Shown: one piece after another, positions 61,629-64,000 of the stretch
How the letters are laid out: every line of letters starts with the position of its first letter
Position numbering within the stretch: position 1 is the first letter of the stretch
Virus record (IMG/VR): IMGVR_UViG_3300037089_000506
DNA: 64,000 nt
From: a virus
Strand: one strand, 5' to 3'
Position numbers and translations under genes: made by a program
The notes under the pieces: model-generated
The model's input: only the letters and a program-made list of their open reading frames with translations
What the model was told of the DNA's origin: nothing
The model's database searches: none

Positions 61629-63851
61629 ATGCCCTCAAACAGCACTATAAGCAACAATAAAGCAGAATGGACCACTAATGCTAACTTTGGTCAAATAATA
61701 CCTCAATCCATAAATAATGCTCTTTCTCAATTTAAGACATTTATTACTGAACTCAATAATGCTATTCAAATAGTAAAAGAAATATTGACTGAAGTAGGAC
61801 AATTTTTAGTCTCTCCTTATGATCTTTTGGCTGTGTTTATTAAAAATTATGCTTCCGCTATTATAACGGTATTTGAAGATGCATTGTCTATAGGGGGCAG
61901 CTATATTGTTATTCACCCTTGGAATGTACTAGGAAGCGATGGAAACCCAAAAAACACTATAGATATGCTAGAGCCCCTTGTTGATAAGAATAACTTTACT
62001 GTTTTTAAATCAATAAGTACAACAGTATTACCTGTTGGAGGGAAAAACTCAGGTAAATCTATCCCAGGGCCAACTGCTACTAAAACCACTACAGGGAAAA
62101 AAAGTTCATTCTTTCAAGCGATTCCTTCCCTCACCCCCCAGCAAGCATTTAATGAATTTTTTGCTTCTTTTAGTAATACTAATGATAAACATAAGCCCAC
62201 ATGGTCAGTGAACACTCAAGCCACTGGGTTTGGGTTTCTTATTACCACTGCCAGCCCTTCAGCTTTTATGTCATTGCTTACTCTTTTAGGCCAGTTCTTT
62301 AATTTTAATGAACTTACAGAGGCTAAAAATAATCTATTCAAAACCTTTGCTAACTTTGGTAATGATACCGCCTCTCAAGGACAGAGCGCTTCTCTTATTG
62401 ACTCTAAGGATTTAAGCAAATTCTCAACAGATTGGGCGGGTATAGCTGAAACTAATAATACTCTTCAAACCGGCAATACATCAGAAAAGCTATCTGCTCT
62501 AGATAGTCTCATTGAGAATTCGAATATAAAAGGATATCATTGGGTAGGATTAAACGTAAATAATTTTAGTGTATTACAAGACCTTATCACAATGCTCCAA
62601 AAACTTATTAAACGTGTACAAGATGAGATGGCAACCCAAGAAAATGCCATACAAGAGATGGTAAATGCACTTATAAAGAAAATAACCTCCTTACAGACAG
62701 TACTCCTACAAATATATAATGTCACTACCTCAATTGTAGCAGCATTGGAATATACAGGAATATATACCTTTGTTATTCCTAAGGGTTATGGTGGAGTACA
62801 ATATATACAGCAAGCGCTACAATCTAGTTTAGCTACTTCACCTATAGCAGCCACCCTTAATCTTACTCAACTGAGCGCATTACTATTCTTTGGGGCATCT
62901 ACAGGAGTGAATATAGACTCGTGGAACTCTCTTTTTGCTGCTGCCTGGGCAGCAACCTCTGCTGAATACAACTCTCTTTTATCAGAGTTTAATTTGAATT
63001 TCAATTATAATATAGCGCCTGCTTTTGATACAACAGTCTTTTCCTTTGGTCAAAGTATTAATCTTAGTGTAACTTCTCCGAATGCCACTAGTATACATCC
63101 ATTTTATTATACCTATCAGCTCACCGATAGCTCAGGAAAAATTATATCACAGCAAACAGAGACAAATATTCTTGCAGGAGATGTAGCAATAGTCAATAGT
63201 AGCAAATTTAATATTATTCTATCTCCTCCTGATCTACTTGTACCTCCTTTTGGGACGCTCTTATATAACATCACTATTACTATTTTTGATGGTTTACTCT
63301 CTTCTTTTAATTATAGTAAAACATTTCATGTATCAGATAGTATAAGTAATGTAAATCCTATTATTACTAATACAAATCCAGGAACATTTACTGCCAATAC
63401 AGATGCTAAAGTTACAGTTTATTCCGGAAACACTAAAGTAGAGGAATCTAACTATACTGCTGGGTCCGTAGGATCATTTGGTTCCTCCCTCTATAAAGAC
63501 CAGCAAGGAGTTACTCTAAGCATTACTGATAGTAATGGAACAAATATAACACTTCCTCTATCTGTCTTTGCAGGATACACACAATATGATTATGTAACAT
63601 TCAATGACTTCACTTCTATAAAATTCCTAAGGGTTGACTCCCTCCCTATTATGATATGTTTGGAATTTGGTGGAATACTACAATGGGGTATTCAAGGTAA
63701 ACTCCTGTTGACATTTAATCTTCCTACTTGTATTAAAGTAGCAGAATCAGGGATATATGAGTATTACTACCTAGATAATAATGGTAAGCAGTGGGGTCCC
63801 TACTATATTTCAATTACTACCTCCCCTCTCAGCTCTCTTCATATTTGCTAA
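61629..63851 (+). CDS. large probable virion/baseplate protein; a 53-aa ORF (61500..61661) precedes it
   Basis: 740 aa; helical N-terminal half and Ser/Thr-rich beta C-terminal half; late region. Confidence 0.45.
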   Translation: MPSNSTISNNKAEWTTNANFGQIIPQSINNALSQFKTFITELNNAIQIVKEILTEVGQFLVSPYDLLAVFIKNYASAIITVFEDALSIGGSYIVIHPWNVLGSDGNPKNTIDMLEPLVDKNNFTVFKSISTTVLPVGGKNSGKSIPGPTATKTTTGKKSSFFQAIPSLTPQQAFNEFFASFSNTNDKHKPTWSVNTQATGFGFLITTASPSAFMSLLTLLGQFFNFNELTEAKNNLFKTFANFGNDTASQGQSASLIDSKDLSKFSTDWAGIAETNNTLQTGNTSEKLSALDSLIENSNIKGYHWVGLNVNNFSVLQDLITMLQKLIKRVQDEMATQENAIQEMVNALIKKITSLQTVLLQIYNVTTSIVAALEYTGIYTFVIPKGYGGVQYIQQALQSSLATSPIAATLNLTQLSALLFFGASTGVNIDSWNSLFAAAWAATSAEYNSLLSEFNLNFNYNIAPAFDTTVFSFGQSINLSVTSPNATSIHPFYYTYQLTDSSGKIISQQTETNILAGDVAIVNSSKFNIILSPPDLLVPPFGTLLYNITITIFDGLLSSFNYSKTFHVSDSISNVNPIITNTNPGTFTANTDAKVTVYSGNTKVEESNYTAGSVGSFGSSLYKDQQGVTLSITDSNGTNITLPLSVFAGYTQYDYVTFNDFTSIKFLRVDSLPIMICLEFGGILQWGIQGKLLLTFNLPTCIKVAESGIYEYYYLDNNGKQWGPYYISITTSPLSSLHIC

Positions 63852-63875
63852 CTAATTAGATAAGGAATGTAAAAA

Positions 63876-64000
63876 ATGGGAGAATTTTTATTATCTTGGA
63901 TATCTAAAACACCTTTAGATCAAATTCTTACCATAGGAATATTATTAGGATCTTTAGCTATAGTAGCAGTCATTATTGTCAAATTAGTAGAGGCTCTTAA
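63876..64000 (+). CDS. partial membrane protein (possible holin), runs off the window
   Basis: MGEFLLSW...ILTIGILLGSLAIVAVIIV; late motif at 63851. Confidence 0.4.
   Translation, partial: MGEFLLSWISKTPLDQILTIGILLGSLAIVAVIIVKLVEAL

Noticed and set aside
1924-62725. Many short opposite-strand or nested ORFs in the track (e.g. 1924..2130, 7211..7435, 31235..31630, 40683..41144, 56692..56892)
   Set aside because: They are shadows of longer genes with recognisable motifs and lack SD sequences or promoters.
1-64000. CRISPR array, tRNA or rRNA genes, DGR reverse transcriptase, integrase
   Set aside because: No spaced direct-repeat array, cloverleaf, RT motifs or tyrosine/serine recombinase was seen by eye. 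A tRNAscan run would be needed to exclude tRNAs completely.

Overview
This is a 64-kb internal segment of a large, AT-rich, lytic-looking tailed dsDNA phage (myovirus). All family assignments come from motif recognition, not database searches. The T4-type head and tail module comprises a gp20-like portal, a gp21-like prohead protease fused to a scaffold, a gp23-like major capsid protein, a gp13-like neck protein, and baseplate hub, spike and fibre genes. The replication and recombination set is bacterial-type: a beta-clamp-like gene running off the left edge, DnaX, a split family-A polymerase, RecA, a RecU-like resolvase, a wHTH initiator and class II NrdJ. The window also holds a phage sigma factor, Hsp20, an ATP-grasp protein, four free-standing homing endonucleases and two ART-PolyVal-like head proteins, one fused to a kinase and followed by a second kinase. 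Two promoter classes are visible: perfect sigma70 TTGACA-17-TATACT sites before early and replication genes, and an ACTAA(T/A/C)T motif before about 20 late genes. The best candidate for a new system is a translationally coupled late cluster right after the spike and tail-fibre genes (55.2-61.5 kb). It encodes two radical SAM enzymes, a fibre-like protein with a 21-Cys CxC-rich tail and three glycosyltransferases, suggesting RiPP-like and glycan tailoring of the virion. Also notable: the PolA gene stops after motif A in a Hint/intein-like 47-aa tail, has Gln at the steric-gate position, and is followed by a GC-rich island. No tRNA, rRNA or CRISPR array was seen.
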